From Hyalangium minutum (GTDB lineage Bacteria; Myxococcota; Myxococcia; Myxococcales; Myxococcaceae): a stretch of 62,000 nt of DNA. The notes beneath the pieces were generated by a model. That model did no database searches, had not been told where the DNA came from, and saw only the letters and a list, made by a program, of their open reading frames with translations. Shown piece by piece: positions 18,569 through 26,967 of this stretch; position 1 is the first letter of the stretch; each line of letters opens with the position of its first letter. Made by a program: the position numbers and the translations under genes. The DNA is taken from contig NZ_JMCB01000008.1 in assembly GCF_000737315.1 (NCBI RefSeq), positions 206,001-268,000 on the forward strand. Direction: 5' to 3'.

Positions 18569-20209
18569 GTGAAGCGCCTGCTCCTCATGTTGCTCGGGGC
18601 CCTCGTGGCCTGCGCGAGCCCCTCGGCCCAGGAGAAGGGCGGCCTGGTGCCGCTCCGACTCGATGAGGCGGCCCTCTCCACCGCCTATGCGCCCCGGCGC
18701 ATCGCCCTGTTGGTGGGCATCTCCGAGTTCCAGGATCCCCAGTGGCGCAACCTGCGCTACTCCGAGAAGGACGCCACGGATCTGGCCGCCGCGCTGAAGG
18801 ATCCGGCGCGCGGGCATTTCGATCAGGTGCGCATGCTCACGCGCCCCGAGCAGACGACGCGCGCGGCCATCCTCTCCGCGCTGCACGAGCTGCAGCGGGA
18901 GGCCACCCGGCCGGATGACGTGGTGGTCGTCTACTTCTCCGCGCACGGCACGCTGGCGAGGGACGGACAGGGCGAGCTGAGGCGCTACCTCGTCACCCAG
19001 GATGCTTCGTACCGCTCCATCTCGCAGACGGCCCTCTCCATGGACGTGCTGAAGGCGGAGTTCGACAAGCTCCCCAGCCGGCGGCGGCTGCTGGTGCTGG
19101 CCACCTGCCACAGCGGCAGCGGCAAGTCGCTGCTGCCCAAGGAGCTGGAGGCGGAGCTGACGGGCATCAAGTCCGGCTTCTACGCGCGCCCCCTGGAGGA
19201 GTCGAGCCGGGCTTCCATGGTGTTCGCCGCCTGCGACTGGGGCGAGACGGCCCGCGAGGACGAGGGGCTGCGCAACGACATCTACACGTACTTCCTCATT
19301 GAAGGGCTCAACGGCAAGGCGGACCGGAACATGGACGGCGCCGTCACCGCCACCGAGGCGCATGACTACGCGCGCCGCCGCACCTTCGCTTTCACCCAGG
19401 GGCGCCAGCGCCCGTCGGCGGAGATCCTCGAGGTGGGCGCGGATCCGGTGGTGCTCTCCGGCAGCATCAACCGCACGGGGCGCCCGGAGCTGTTCTCCTA
19501 CAACCCGCGGCTGGACGGCTTCACCCTCAAGGTGGACGGAGAGCCGCGCACGGAGCTGCCCGGCGGCACGGCGGTGGTCCCTGGCAAGCGCACCGTGGAG
19601 CTGACCAAGGGCGACGCGGTGCTGGTGCGGCGGGAGATCGACATGACCGCCGGCGAGCGCCTGCCTTTGGAGGAGCTGCTGTCGGACACCTTCCCGCGAC
19701 GCTCGCTCGCGCTGGTGGGCGGAGTGTTCTCCTTCGTGGACGGCAAGAGCCGCGCCGAGCTGCTGCCCGCCTCGCCCGAGGTGGCCGCGGTGCTGCGGCT
19801 GGAGGACAAGCCGCTGCAGGACTTCGCGCTGCTCCTGGATGTAGGCGGCATCCGAGGCCAGCACCGCCTGAAACTCGCGCCCGGCTCCGAGGTGCCCTTT
19901 GGCTACACCCGCCTCTCCGTGGGCGTGGGCATGCCGTATTTGTGGCGGTGGGACCGGCTGTCACTTTATGCAGGACCGCGTGTGGCCGCTCTCTACCTCC
20001 GGCGGTCCTTCCAAGTGGAGGCATTCACCGGTGGGCAGAACTACTTCACCGTGAGCCCGGGCGTAGTGGGTGGCATGGTGTGGCGGCTGGGTGACAGGCT
20101 GGAGCTGACCTCTCAGGCCCAGGTCATGCTCACGTACGTGGTGGTGGACGGACAAGGACAGGCGGTGGGGTTCACCGGCGGCTGGGCAGGCATGGGGTAC
20201 CGGTTCTGA
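18569..20209 (+). CDS. Caspase (C14)-family lipoprotein with PEGA-like and C-terminal outer-membrane beta-strand region
   Basis: LVAC lipobox; ALLVGIS, YFSAHG (His), LATCHSG (Cys), IFTYFLIEGL-like IYTYFLIEGLNGKAD; ends GMGYRF. Confidence 0.9.
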   Translation: MKRLLLMLLGALVACASPSAQEKGGLVPLRLDEAALSTAYAPRRIALLVGISEFQDPQWRNLRYSEKDATDLAAALKDPARGHFDQVRMLTRPEQTTRAAILSALHELQREATRPDDVVVVYFSAHGTLARDGQGELRRYLVTQDASYRSISQTALSMDVLKAEFDKLPSRRRLLVLATCHSGSGKSLLPKELEAELTGIKSGFYARPLEESSRASMVFAACDWGETAREDEGLRNDIYTYFLIEGLNGKADRNMDGAVTATEAHDYARRRTFAFTQGRQRPSAEILEVGADPVVLSGSINRTGRPELFSYNPRLDGFTLKVDGEPRTELPGGTAVVPGKRTVELTKGDAVLVRREIDMTAGERLPLEELLSDTFPRRSLALVGGVFSFVDGKSRAELLPASPEVAAVLRLEDKPLQDFALLLDVGGIRGQHRLKLAPGSEVPFGYTRLSVGVGMPYLWRWDRLSLYAGPRVAALYLRRSFQVEAFTGGQNYFTVSPGVVGGMVWRLGDRLELTSQAQVMLTYVVVDGQGQAVGFTGGWAGMGYRF

Positions 20210-21270
20210 TGCGCCAGACACTGCACATCGCGATGGTGGTCGGGCTGGCGCTCGGCGCGCTCGGGTGCGGAGAGCTGGAGAACGCCCCGTTCCGCCTCGG
20301 CACGGTGCAAGGCCGCCTCACGGAGAGCGATGCATCCGTGGCCCTGGTCGCCGTCATGGGAGCCCCCGAGCTGCGCAGCACCCTGGCGGCGGATGGGAGC
20401 TTCAAGCTCGAGCAGGTCCCCGCGGGGCAGGCCGAGCTGTTCATCATCGCCTCGGCGAGCAAGGCCCTGCGCGTGTCGCTGATCGTCCAGGGCGGGCAGT
20501 CCGTCACCGTAGGCTCGCTGACCCCCAAGGAGGCCAGCTTCCTCGCGTTGCGGCTGAAGGCTCCCTCGCACGAGCCCGTGGAGCAAGCGCAGGTGACGCT
20601 GGTGGGCACCCCCATGCTGCCGCTGCAGCCGGACGAGCATGGGCGCCTGAGCGTGGGGCCACTTCCGGATGGCTGCTACACGCTGAGCATCTCCGCCCCT
20701 GGCTTCCCCGATGTGGCGTCCGAGACATGCTTGGGCTCCGGAGAGACCCAAGAGGTGAAGGTAAACCTCCCCGCCCCGAGCAAGAAGTGCGAGCAGACGG
20801 GCTGCTCGCAAGGCTTCGTCTGCGCGCAGAACGGCCGGTGCGTGGAGTGCCTGGACGACTCGCACTGCGTCTCCGGGCTCTCCTGCCGCGGCATGCGCTG
20901 CGAGGGCGAGGCCCCCGTCTGCACCTCCTGCGAGGGGGACTGGCAGTGCGGCTCCAAGGCGAGTTGCCAGGAGTTCGCCGATGGCTCCAAGGCCTGCGTG
21001 ACGTCCTGCGCGAACGCCAATCAGTGCGAGGATGGCTTCACCTGCCAAGCGGGCCGATGCCTGCCCGACGAGGCCCAGTTCAATGGCTGCCCGGCATACG
21101 TCAAGCTGGGTACCTCGTGCGACAACCCGGTGCTGTGCCGGAACCAGGGGCTCGTCAACGGGCTCTGCGTGGGAGGCCGCTGCACCATCCCATGCGACAC
21201 CGGCCGGGTGTGCCCGGAGGAGTTCTCCTGCGAGAACACCAGCGACGGGCGCGTGTGCATCTCCGAGTAG
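20209..21270 (+). CDS. Lipoprotein with carboxypeptidase-regulatory/Ig-like domains and a Cys-rich C-terminus
   Basis: ALGC lipobox; 26 Cys in the last about 165 aa in EGF-like spacing. Start overlaps the caspase stop (TGATG). Confidence 0.85.
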   Translation: MRQTLHIAMVVGLALGALGCGELENAPFRLGTVQGRLTESDASVALVAVMGAPELRSTLAADGSFKLEQVPAGQAELFIIASASKALRVSLIVQGGQSVTVGSLTPKEASFLALRLKAPSHEPVEQAQVTLVGTPMLPLQPDEHGRLSVGPLPDGCYTLSISAPGFPDVASETCLGSGETQEVKVNLPAPSKKCEQTGCSQGFVCAQNGRCVECLDDSHCVSGLSCRGMRCEGEAPVCTSCEGDWQCGSKASCQEFADGSKACVTSCANANQCEDGFTCQAGRCLPDEAQFNGCPAYVKLGTSCDNPVLCRNQGLVNGLCVGGRCTIPCDTGRVCPEEFSCENTSDGRVCISE

Positions 21271-21294
21271 CGGAGGAGCCCAGGCGCCTCCGCC

Positions 21295-22008
21295 TCACGG
21301 CGTGAGGATCAGTCCGTCCGCAACGCACTCGTCCACGGCCCGCCGCACGTCCTGCTCCGCCGCGCCCGTGGCCGCTGCCACGTCCGCCACCGCGAACCCC
21401 TCCACCGCCATCTTCAGCACCAGGAGCGCGCGATCATGGGCCGCCATGAACCACGTGTTGAGCTGGCGCGGGTGCCGCCACAGGAGCGCCATCTCGTCGC
21501 CCGCCGCCGGCGCCGGGGCCGCCGCCTTGCTCCGAACGTAGGCGCAGAGCCGGTACGGGTGCTGGAGCACCGCCAGCGTGGGGTTGACCGTGAGCCGCTC
21601 CACGCGCTCCGGTACCCGCTCCTCGGAGGCATACACCGCCCAGTCGGCCCACTCGAAGCGCGCGAGCGCGGGGAGGAACTCCGGCAGCCCCTGGTCCGCC
21701 GTCACATCCGCCACATAGGCCGGGAAGGACTCTCCCGCCTGGTTCATCTCGAAGTGCCGCGCGGGGCGCGTGGGGAAGTAGCCCTTCACCAGCACCTCCC
21801 AGCGCTCCGCCCCCACCACCGCCTTCACCAGTGGGTAGAGCTTCTCCACCACCTCGCGCACGTGCGCCTGCACGAACTCCCCATACAGCGCCACGCGCGA
21901 GTCCGGCGCCTCCCAGCCCGGGTGCGCCGCGCGCAGCCGCTCCAGCCCCGCAGGGTCCGCGAAGTACTCCGTCATCGAGTTGAAGAAGTGCCGCAGCCCG
22001 GGCCTCAT
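21295..22008 (-). CDS. DUF2063/HvfC-BufC-type MNIO partner protein
   Basis: RVALYGEFV...LYPLVK...YFPTRP, FLPALARFEWA; coupled to DUF692. Confidence 0.85.
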   Translation of the reverse strand: MRPGLRHFFNSMTEYFADPAGLERLRAAHPGWEAPDSRVALYGEFVQAHVREVVEKLYPLVKAVVGAERWEVLVKGYFPTRPARHFEMNQAGESFPAYVADVTADQGLPEFLPALARFEWADWAVYASEERVPERVERLTVNPTLAVLQHPYRLCAYVRSKAAAPAPAAGDEMALLWRHPRQLNTWFMAAHDRALLVLKMAVEGFAVADVAAATGAAEQDVRRAVDECVADGLILTP

Positions 22009-22850
22009 CGCGCCACCTCCTTCAGCACGGCGCGCGCCTGATCCGCCTCGTCCAGCACCGCCTCCAGGGAGGGGATGTCCTGATCCCACTCGATCAGCGT
22101 GGACACCGGCCCGGTGCGCTCCACCACGTAGCGGTAGAGCGACCACACGTCGCCGGGCACGGGGCCGACATGGGTGTCGATGATGACGTCCGGGTAGCGC
22201 GTATGCCCGGCCATGTGGAGCTGCACCACGCGATCCAGCGGCAGCGCGTCCACGAAGGCGCGCGGGTCATACCCGTGGTTCTGCGCGTTGACGTAGACGT
22301 TGTTCACGTCGAGCAGGAGCCCACAGTCGGCCTGCTCCACCACGTGCCGCAGGAAGGTGGCCTCCTCCAGCGTCCCGCCCGGCATGCGCGCGTAGTAGCT
22401 CGGGTTCTCCAGCAGGAAGGGCCGGCCCACCCGCGCCATCACCTCGCGGACGCGAGGCACCACGTACTCGACCGCCTCCTCGTTGAAGGGCAGCGGGAGC
22501 AAGTCATGCAGGTACACCCCACCCAGGCGCGTGTAGCAGAGGTGATCCGAGAAGAAGGGCATGTCCAGCTCCTTCACGAGCGCGGACAGCCGGGTGACAT
22601 AGTCCTCATCCAGCGGATCCGGGCCGCCGATGTTGAGCCCCACGCCGTGCGAGAGCAGCGTCCAGCGCTCCTTGCAGGCCTCCAGCGTGTGCCGCGAACG
22701 GCCGCCCAGAGACAGGAAGTTCTCGGGGATGATCTCCAGCCAGTCGACCGTGCGCTCGGTGCGAGGCAGCGTCTCGTAGAAGCTGCGCCGGAGCCCGATG
22801 CCAGCCCCCAGTGGTCTCAACCCATGCCTCTGCGCGTAGCTCTCGGACAC
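22005..22850 (-). CDS. DUF692 multinuclear non-heme iron oxidative enzyme (MNIO)
   Basis: GIGLR, WLEIIPENF, HGVGLNIGG, FSDHLC, HDLLPLP, LLENPS, LLLDVNNVYV, QLHMAGH, IDTH, LIEWD. GTG start after GAGGAG. Confidence 0.95.
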   Translation of the reverse strand: MSESYAQRHGLRPLGAGIGLRRSFYETLPRTERTVDWLEIIPENFLSLGGRSRHTLEACKERWTLLSHGVGLNIGGPDPLDEDYVTRLSALVKELDMPFFSDHLCYTRLGGVYLHDLLPLPFNEEAVEYVVPRVREVMARVGRPFLLENPSYYARMPGGTLEEATFLRHVVEQADCGLLLDVNNVYVNAQNHGYDPRAFVDALPLDRVVQLHMAGHTRYPDVIIDTHVGPVPGDVWSLYRYVVERTGPVSTLIEWDQDIPSLEAVLDEADQARAVLKEVAR

Positions 22851-22928
22851 TGTGCAGCTCCTCGGGGAGAAACAACACGGGCGGCGGGAAGAGTCCTCCC
22901 CACCGCCCGAGCTCACTGCGAAAGCTGC

Positions 22929-23183
22929 TTACTTCTTGTTGGCGCAGGTGCCCTCGCCGCAGCTGGCGTTGGTGCCCTTGGCCTCGGTGGCACCCTTACA
23001 AGAAGCCTCGGTGCCCTTGGCCTCAGTGCCACCCTTGCAGGAGGCCTCGGTGCCCTTGGCAGAGGACTCGGTGGTGGCGGCGCCCTCGGTGGACCCCTCA
23101 GCGGCCTTGTTGGACGCACAGCCGGTGGCCAGCGCGCCGAGAGAGAGGGTACCAACGATGGCAGCCAGAGCCTTGACGTTCAT
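22929..23183 (-). CDS. MNIO RiPP precursor (HvfA/bufferin-like), predicted lipoprotein, 84 aa
   Basis: LATGC lipobox; three 13-aa repeats AKGT(E/N)ASC..., ending ASCGEGTCANKK. Confidence 0.85.
   Translation of the reverse strand: MNVKALAAIVGTLSLGALATGCASNKAAEGSTEGAATTESSAKGTEASCKGGTEAKGTEASCKGATEAKGTNASCGEGTCANKK
22971..23063 (-). repeat. 39-bp tandem repeat inside the precursor gene
   Basis: GGTGCCCTTGGC recurs at 22971, 23010 and 23049. Confidence 0.9.
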
Positions 23184-23231
23184 GGATGATTCTTCCTTTC
23201 GGGACTGCATTCGGTACTGCGGGGGGGACTG

Positions 23232-23870
23232 CTACAGCTTGAACTGGGTGGAGCCCCAAGCGTCCACCGACACATCGGCCATCTCGGCCACCTTGAGGAT
23301 GAGTGCGCCCGTTCGGTTGATCTTGTAAGCCTCAAGGGGAATCTGGAACTTGGCGCGCACGCGGAGCAGATCGCCCGGGGCGCGCTTGCCCGTGTCCTCG
23401 GACTCCTTCAGGTAGAAGGCGGTGACTTCCACCGGCTCCTCGCGCGTCACGCCGTGGATGGAGAACTTGCCCTGCGTCTTCAGCTTCACGGACTTGCCCG
23501 GCTCCAGCGGACCCGGCAGCACCAGATCCTTGAACTCGACGACGATGTCCGGGTACTTCGCCGCGTCCAGCCACTTCTCGTTCTGCAGGTGGCCATCGCG
23601 CGTCTCATTGCCCGTCTTGATGGAGCTGACCGGGACGGCGAGCTTGCCGGAGGCCTTGTTGCCCTCCACGGTGATGGAGCCCTTCACCTGGTTGGACAGG
23701 CCGTTGATCACTTCCAGTGGTGCATCCAGCACGAAGGTGATGGTGTCGCGGTTGTTCGGATCATTGAAGACGAAGGTCTGCTTGGCGGGAGCGGCAGGAG
23801 CCTTCGGCTGAGCGACAGCGGCCAGGGGCAGCAGGGTGGCAAGGCACAGCGCGGCGAAGCGTACGAACAT
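23232..23870 (-). CDS. YceI family periplasmic protein
   Basis: Signal peptide; SIKTGNETRDGHL...LDAAKYPDI, FSIHGVTRE. Confidence 0.92.
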   Translation of the reverse strand: MFVRFAALCLATLLPLAAVAQPKAPAAPAKQTFVFNDPNNRDTITFVLDAPLEVINGLSNQVKGSITVEGNKASGKLAVPVSSIKTGNETRDGHLQNEKWLDAAKYPDIVVEFKDLVLPGPLEPGKSVKLKTQGKFSIHGVTREEPVEVTAFYLKESEDTGKRAPGDLLRVRAKFQIPLEAYKINRTGALILKVAEMADVSVDAWGSTQFKL

Positions 23871-23913
23871 ATCGGCCTCTCTACGGATGCGGCTGCAAGG
23901 TGGATGCATGAGG

Positions 23914-23939
23914 TACGCGCGAGCGGGGATCCTGGTTAC
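23914..23939 (-). promoter_or_regulatory. ECF-type promoter of the YceI-precursor-MNIO operon
   Basis: GTAACC-N16-CGTA on the minus strand, 44 nt above the yceI ATG. Confidence 0.65.
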
Positions 23940-23964
23940 AGGCCGGAACTCGAATCTCCGTCCA

Positions 23965-25407
23965 CTACTGGATCCTGGAAGCCTTTTGTCCATCCAGAGC
24001 TTCACGCAACACGCTGTCCCGGGCCGGTTGAATCGTGACGCCTCCCGGAGTGGGCGTCACGCCGAGGTCTTCTAGCAAACCTTCGAGCCCTGCAAAAGCA
24101 GGCCGATGGAGATCCTCCTCCAGCAGCGCGCGGAAGATCGGCTTGCCAGCCACCGCGTCCACCGCCGCGCCGTAGGCATCTACAGTGGAAGTGGATCCTT
24201 GCGTTGCCAGCAACTCCAACACGTCCTGTAGGCCGCGCGCGTTGTGCGTGGCCCGGCGAATCGCTACGTCGAGGCGCAGGGAGAAGAACGCGCCCACCCA
24301 GTAGATCCCCGGCGGCGCGCTGTCGTCGATCATCTCCTGCAAGGTCTGCCCCGCAGCCTGCGCCCGGCCGCGCCTGAAGCCGCGGATCATTTCTGCCCAA
24401 ACGGCCTCGGCGCTCATGCGCCCAGAGCGCGCCTGCACCAGCTCCGTGAAGTAGGTGGCGAGCCCTTCGGAGATCCACGCCGCGCGCGGGACAAAGGTCG
24501 GATGGGTCAGGTGCAGCAGCTCGTGGAGGGCCGTCCAGTCCCGGTGGAGCGCATCGAGCCGGGCGTCCTGGCCCACCAGGAGGGCAACGCTCGGCGGCGA
24601 GCTCCACATCACCATGCCGAAGACGTTGGCGTCCTCGCGGCCCGGCACCGGGTAGATGCTCACGGAGATGCGCGGGAAGGGAAAGCGGCTGCGGACATAG
24701 CGCACCTCCTCGGCCCGCTGCCGCAGCCAGTCGCAGAGCTGCGCATCCTCCACGTGCGTCATGGTCCCGAGGATGGCGATGTCCAGCACGGCCCCCTGCA
24801 GCTGGGCCTGGCAGCGCCGCCCGCCGAAGGCCTGGAAGCCCGAGTCCACCAGGTCCTCCGCGCTCACGTGGTATTGCCCATCCGGCCCGGGCTGCCACGG
24901 CAGGAGCGCGTCCGCCCCCTTCACCGAGAGCTCCACGCGGACGCCCGGCTCCGCCACCCGCGGGCGGATCAGCCACGAGCGCCCCGCAAGGAGCAGCGCG
25001 TCCTCTCCGGTCTTCAGTCCCCCGGAGAAGTTCCACCAGCGCCCGCGCCGCCGTGTCTCCAGGGCGTAGCGATAGCGCAGCACGCGCGTGTCCTCTGGAA
25101 CAGAGATGCCCCGGTCCTCCACCTGCAGCACGCGCGCCTCGCCCGTGCGGCTGTAGGCCTGCACGGTGCGCACCCCGCCCTCCTGCGTGAAGAGGAACTC
25201 GCGGGGCGCATCGCTGCCGCGCACCACCTCCACCTCGAGGGACGGCTCCGGCTCACGCACGTAGGTGATCGTGTAGCGCAGGGCCGGTGAGGGCTCCTGC
25301 GCGGGTGGAGGCGGACGTGGCGGGCGGACGGTCTCCGCCCGGCACGAGGCCAGCACCATGGCGAGGGCCAGCAAGCCCAGCCTCTGCGCGTGGGAGCTGG
25401 GCCGCAT
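23965..25407 (-). CDS. Gluzincin (M61/M1-like) metallopeptidase lipoprotein
   Basis: LASC lipobox; ALHELLH...WISEGLATY; start overlaps the DUF1015 stop. Confidence 0.85.
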   Translation of the reverse strand: MRPSSHAQRLGLLALAMVLASCRAETVRPPRPPPPAQEPSPALRYTITYVREPEPSLEVEVVRGSDAPREFLFTQEGGVRTVQAYSRTGEARVLQVEDRGISVPEDTRVLRYRYALETRRRGRWWNFSGGLKTGEDALLLAGRSWLIRPRVAEPGVRVELSVKGADALLPWQPGPDGQYHVSAEDLVDSGFQAFGGRRCQAQLQGAVLDIAILGTMTHVEDAQLCDWLRQRAEEVRYVRSRFPFPRISVSIYPVPGREDANVFGMVMWSSPPSVALLVGQDARLDALHRDWTALHELLHLTHPTFVPRAAWISEGLATYFTELVQARSGRMSAEAVWAEMIRGFRRGRAQAAGQTLQEMIDDSAPPGIYWVGAFFSLRLDVAIRRATHNARGLQDVLELLATQGSTSTVDAYGAAVDAVAGKPIFRALLEEDLHRPAFAGLEGLLEDLGVTPTPGGVTIQPARDSVLREALDGQKASRIQ

Positions 25408-26624
25408 CAGAACAGGTGGAGCACCAACCCGCTGCGCAGCTTGGGCTCGAACCACGTGGACTTGGGCGGCATGATCTCGCCCGCGTCCGCGATGGCCATG
25501 AGCTGATCCAGGCTGGTCGGGAACATCGAGAAGGCCACCTTCCACGCCCCGCCATTCACCAGGCGCTCGAGTTCCTCCATGCCGCGGATGCCGCCCACGA
25601 AGTGGATGCGCGAGTCCTTGCGCGGATCCCCAATGCCCAGCAGCGGCTCCAGCACGTTGCGCTGGAGAATCGTCACGTCCAGCACGCCCGTGGGCGTCGT
25701 CTCGAACGTGCCCGGCTTCGCGGTGAGCTGGTACCACTGGCCGCCCAGGTACATGCCAAACTGGTGCCCCCGGTCCGGCTTCTTCTGCGTGCCCGGCTTC
25801 ACCTCGAAGCGCTCGCCCAGCTTCTGCAGCAGCTGCTCCGGCGACAGGCCGCGCAGGTCCTTCACCACGCGGTTGTAGTCGAGGATCTGCATCTGATCGT
25901 GCGGGAACACCACGGCGAGGAACCGATCGTGTCCCCCACCTTCCCCGCGCTGCTGGCGCAGGGCATGGACGCGCGAGGCGGCCGCGGAGCGGTGGTGCCC
26001 GTCCGCAATGTAGAGCGCCGGCACCGCGCGGAAGGCCTCCTGCAGCTTTTCATTCAGCTCGCCGCGCACCACCCAGAAGGTGTGCCCGATTCCGTCCTCG
26101 GTCGTAAAGTCGTACTCGGGGGCGCCGCGCGTGCCCTCCTCCACCAGCGCGGCAACGGCCGCCGTGGCCCGGTACGTGAGGAACACCGGTTCGTCATTGC
26201 CGCCCAGCTCGTCCACGTGCCGCGTGCGGTCGTCCTCCTTGTCCGCGCGCGTCAGCTCGTGCTTCTTGATGAGCTGGGCGTCGTACTCCCGCACGCTCGC
26301 GGCGGCCACCACCCCCGTCTGCACATGCGAGCCCATGCGCTGGCGGTACAGGTAGAAGCACGGCTCCGCCTCCTGCACGAGCCGCCCCGTCTTCTGGAAC
26401 TCCACGAGGTTCTCACAGCCCTTCGCGTACACCTCGTCCGCGTGCTCGTCCGTGCCGGGCGGCAAGTCGATCTCCGGGCGGGAGATGCGGAAGAAGCTGT
26501 CCGGGTTGCCCTTCGCGTAGGCGCGCGCCTCCTCGGCGTTCACCACGTCATACGGAGGTGCCACGAGCTTCTGTGCCAGTTCCTTCGGAGGGCGGAGGCC
26601 ACGGAAGGGACGGAGTTCAGCCAA
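25407..26624 (-). CDS. DUF1015 family protein
   Basis: LRPFRGLRP, APPYDVV, IKKHELTR, YIADGHHR, IMPPKSTWFEPKLRSGL. TTG start after GGAG. Confidence 0.93.
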   Translation of the reverse strand: MAELRPFRGLRPPKELAQKLVAPPYDVVNAEEARAYAKGNPDSFFRISRPEIDLPPGTDEHADEVYAKGCENLVEFQKTGRLVQEAEPCFYLYRQRMGSHVQTGVVAAASVREYDAQLIKKHELTRADKEDDRTRHVDELGGNDEPVFLTYRATAAVAALVEEGTRGAPEYDFTTEDGIGHTFWVVRGELNEKLQEAFRAVPALYIADGHHRSAAASRVHALRQQRGEGGGHDRFLAVVFPHDQMQILDYNRVVKDLRGLSPEQLLQKLGERFEVKPGTQKKPDRGHQFGMYLGGQWYQLTAKPGTFETTPTGVLDVTILQRNVLEPLLGIGDPRKDSRIHFVGGIRGMEELERLVNGGAWKVAFSMFPTSLDQLMAIADAGEIMPPKSTWFEPKLRSGLVLHLF

Positions 26625-26885
26625 GGAGTCACTCCAGGTCAGGGTCTGGGGCCGAGGCTGGCCCAAAGCCCCCGGCGATGCGAGCGCCTTCTCCTTTTTC
26701 CATGGCGCACTGTGTCAGTAAAACGTTGACAACCGGGGCGCAGAGCGCGGGGGGAACCCTGCCTTCCTCATCGGTAAACCACTGGAAACACTCTTCATTT
26801 CCCGGAAGTGAACGTTCCGGGACTGCCCCGGGGGGTGCCGTCCGTTGCCCCTCCGACAAGGCCGCGCCCCCCGCAAAACGTTGAT

Positions 26886-26909
26886 TGCAAATCGGTAAAT
26901 CGGTTTGCA
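26886..26909. promoter_or_regulatory. Candidate RamB/PrpR-type operator
   Basis: TGCAAA-N12-TTTGCA inverted repeat in the AT-rich region upstream of the XRE regulator. Confidence 0.45.
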
Positions 26910-26967
26910 GAGTGCCCCGGAGCATGGCGAGCGCGGGCCAGAGCGCGCACCCATGTAGGACAAATTG

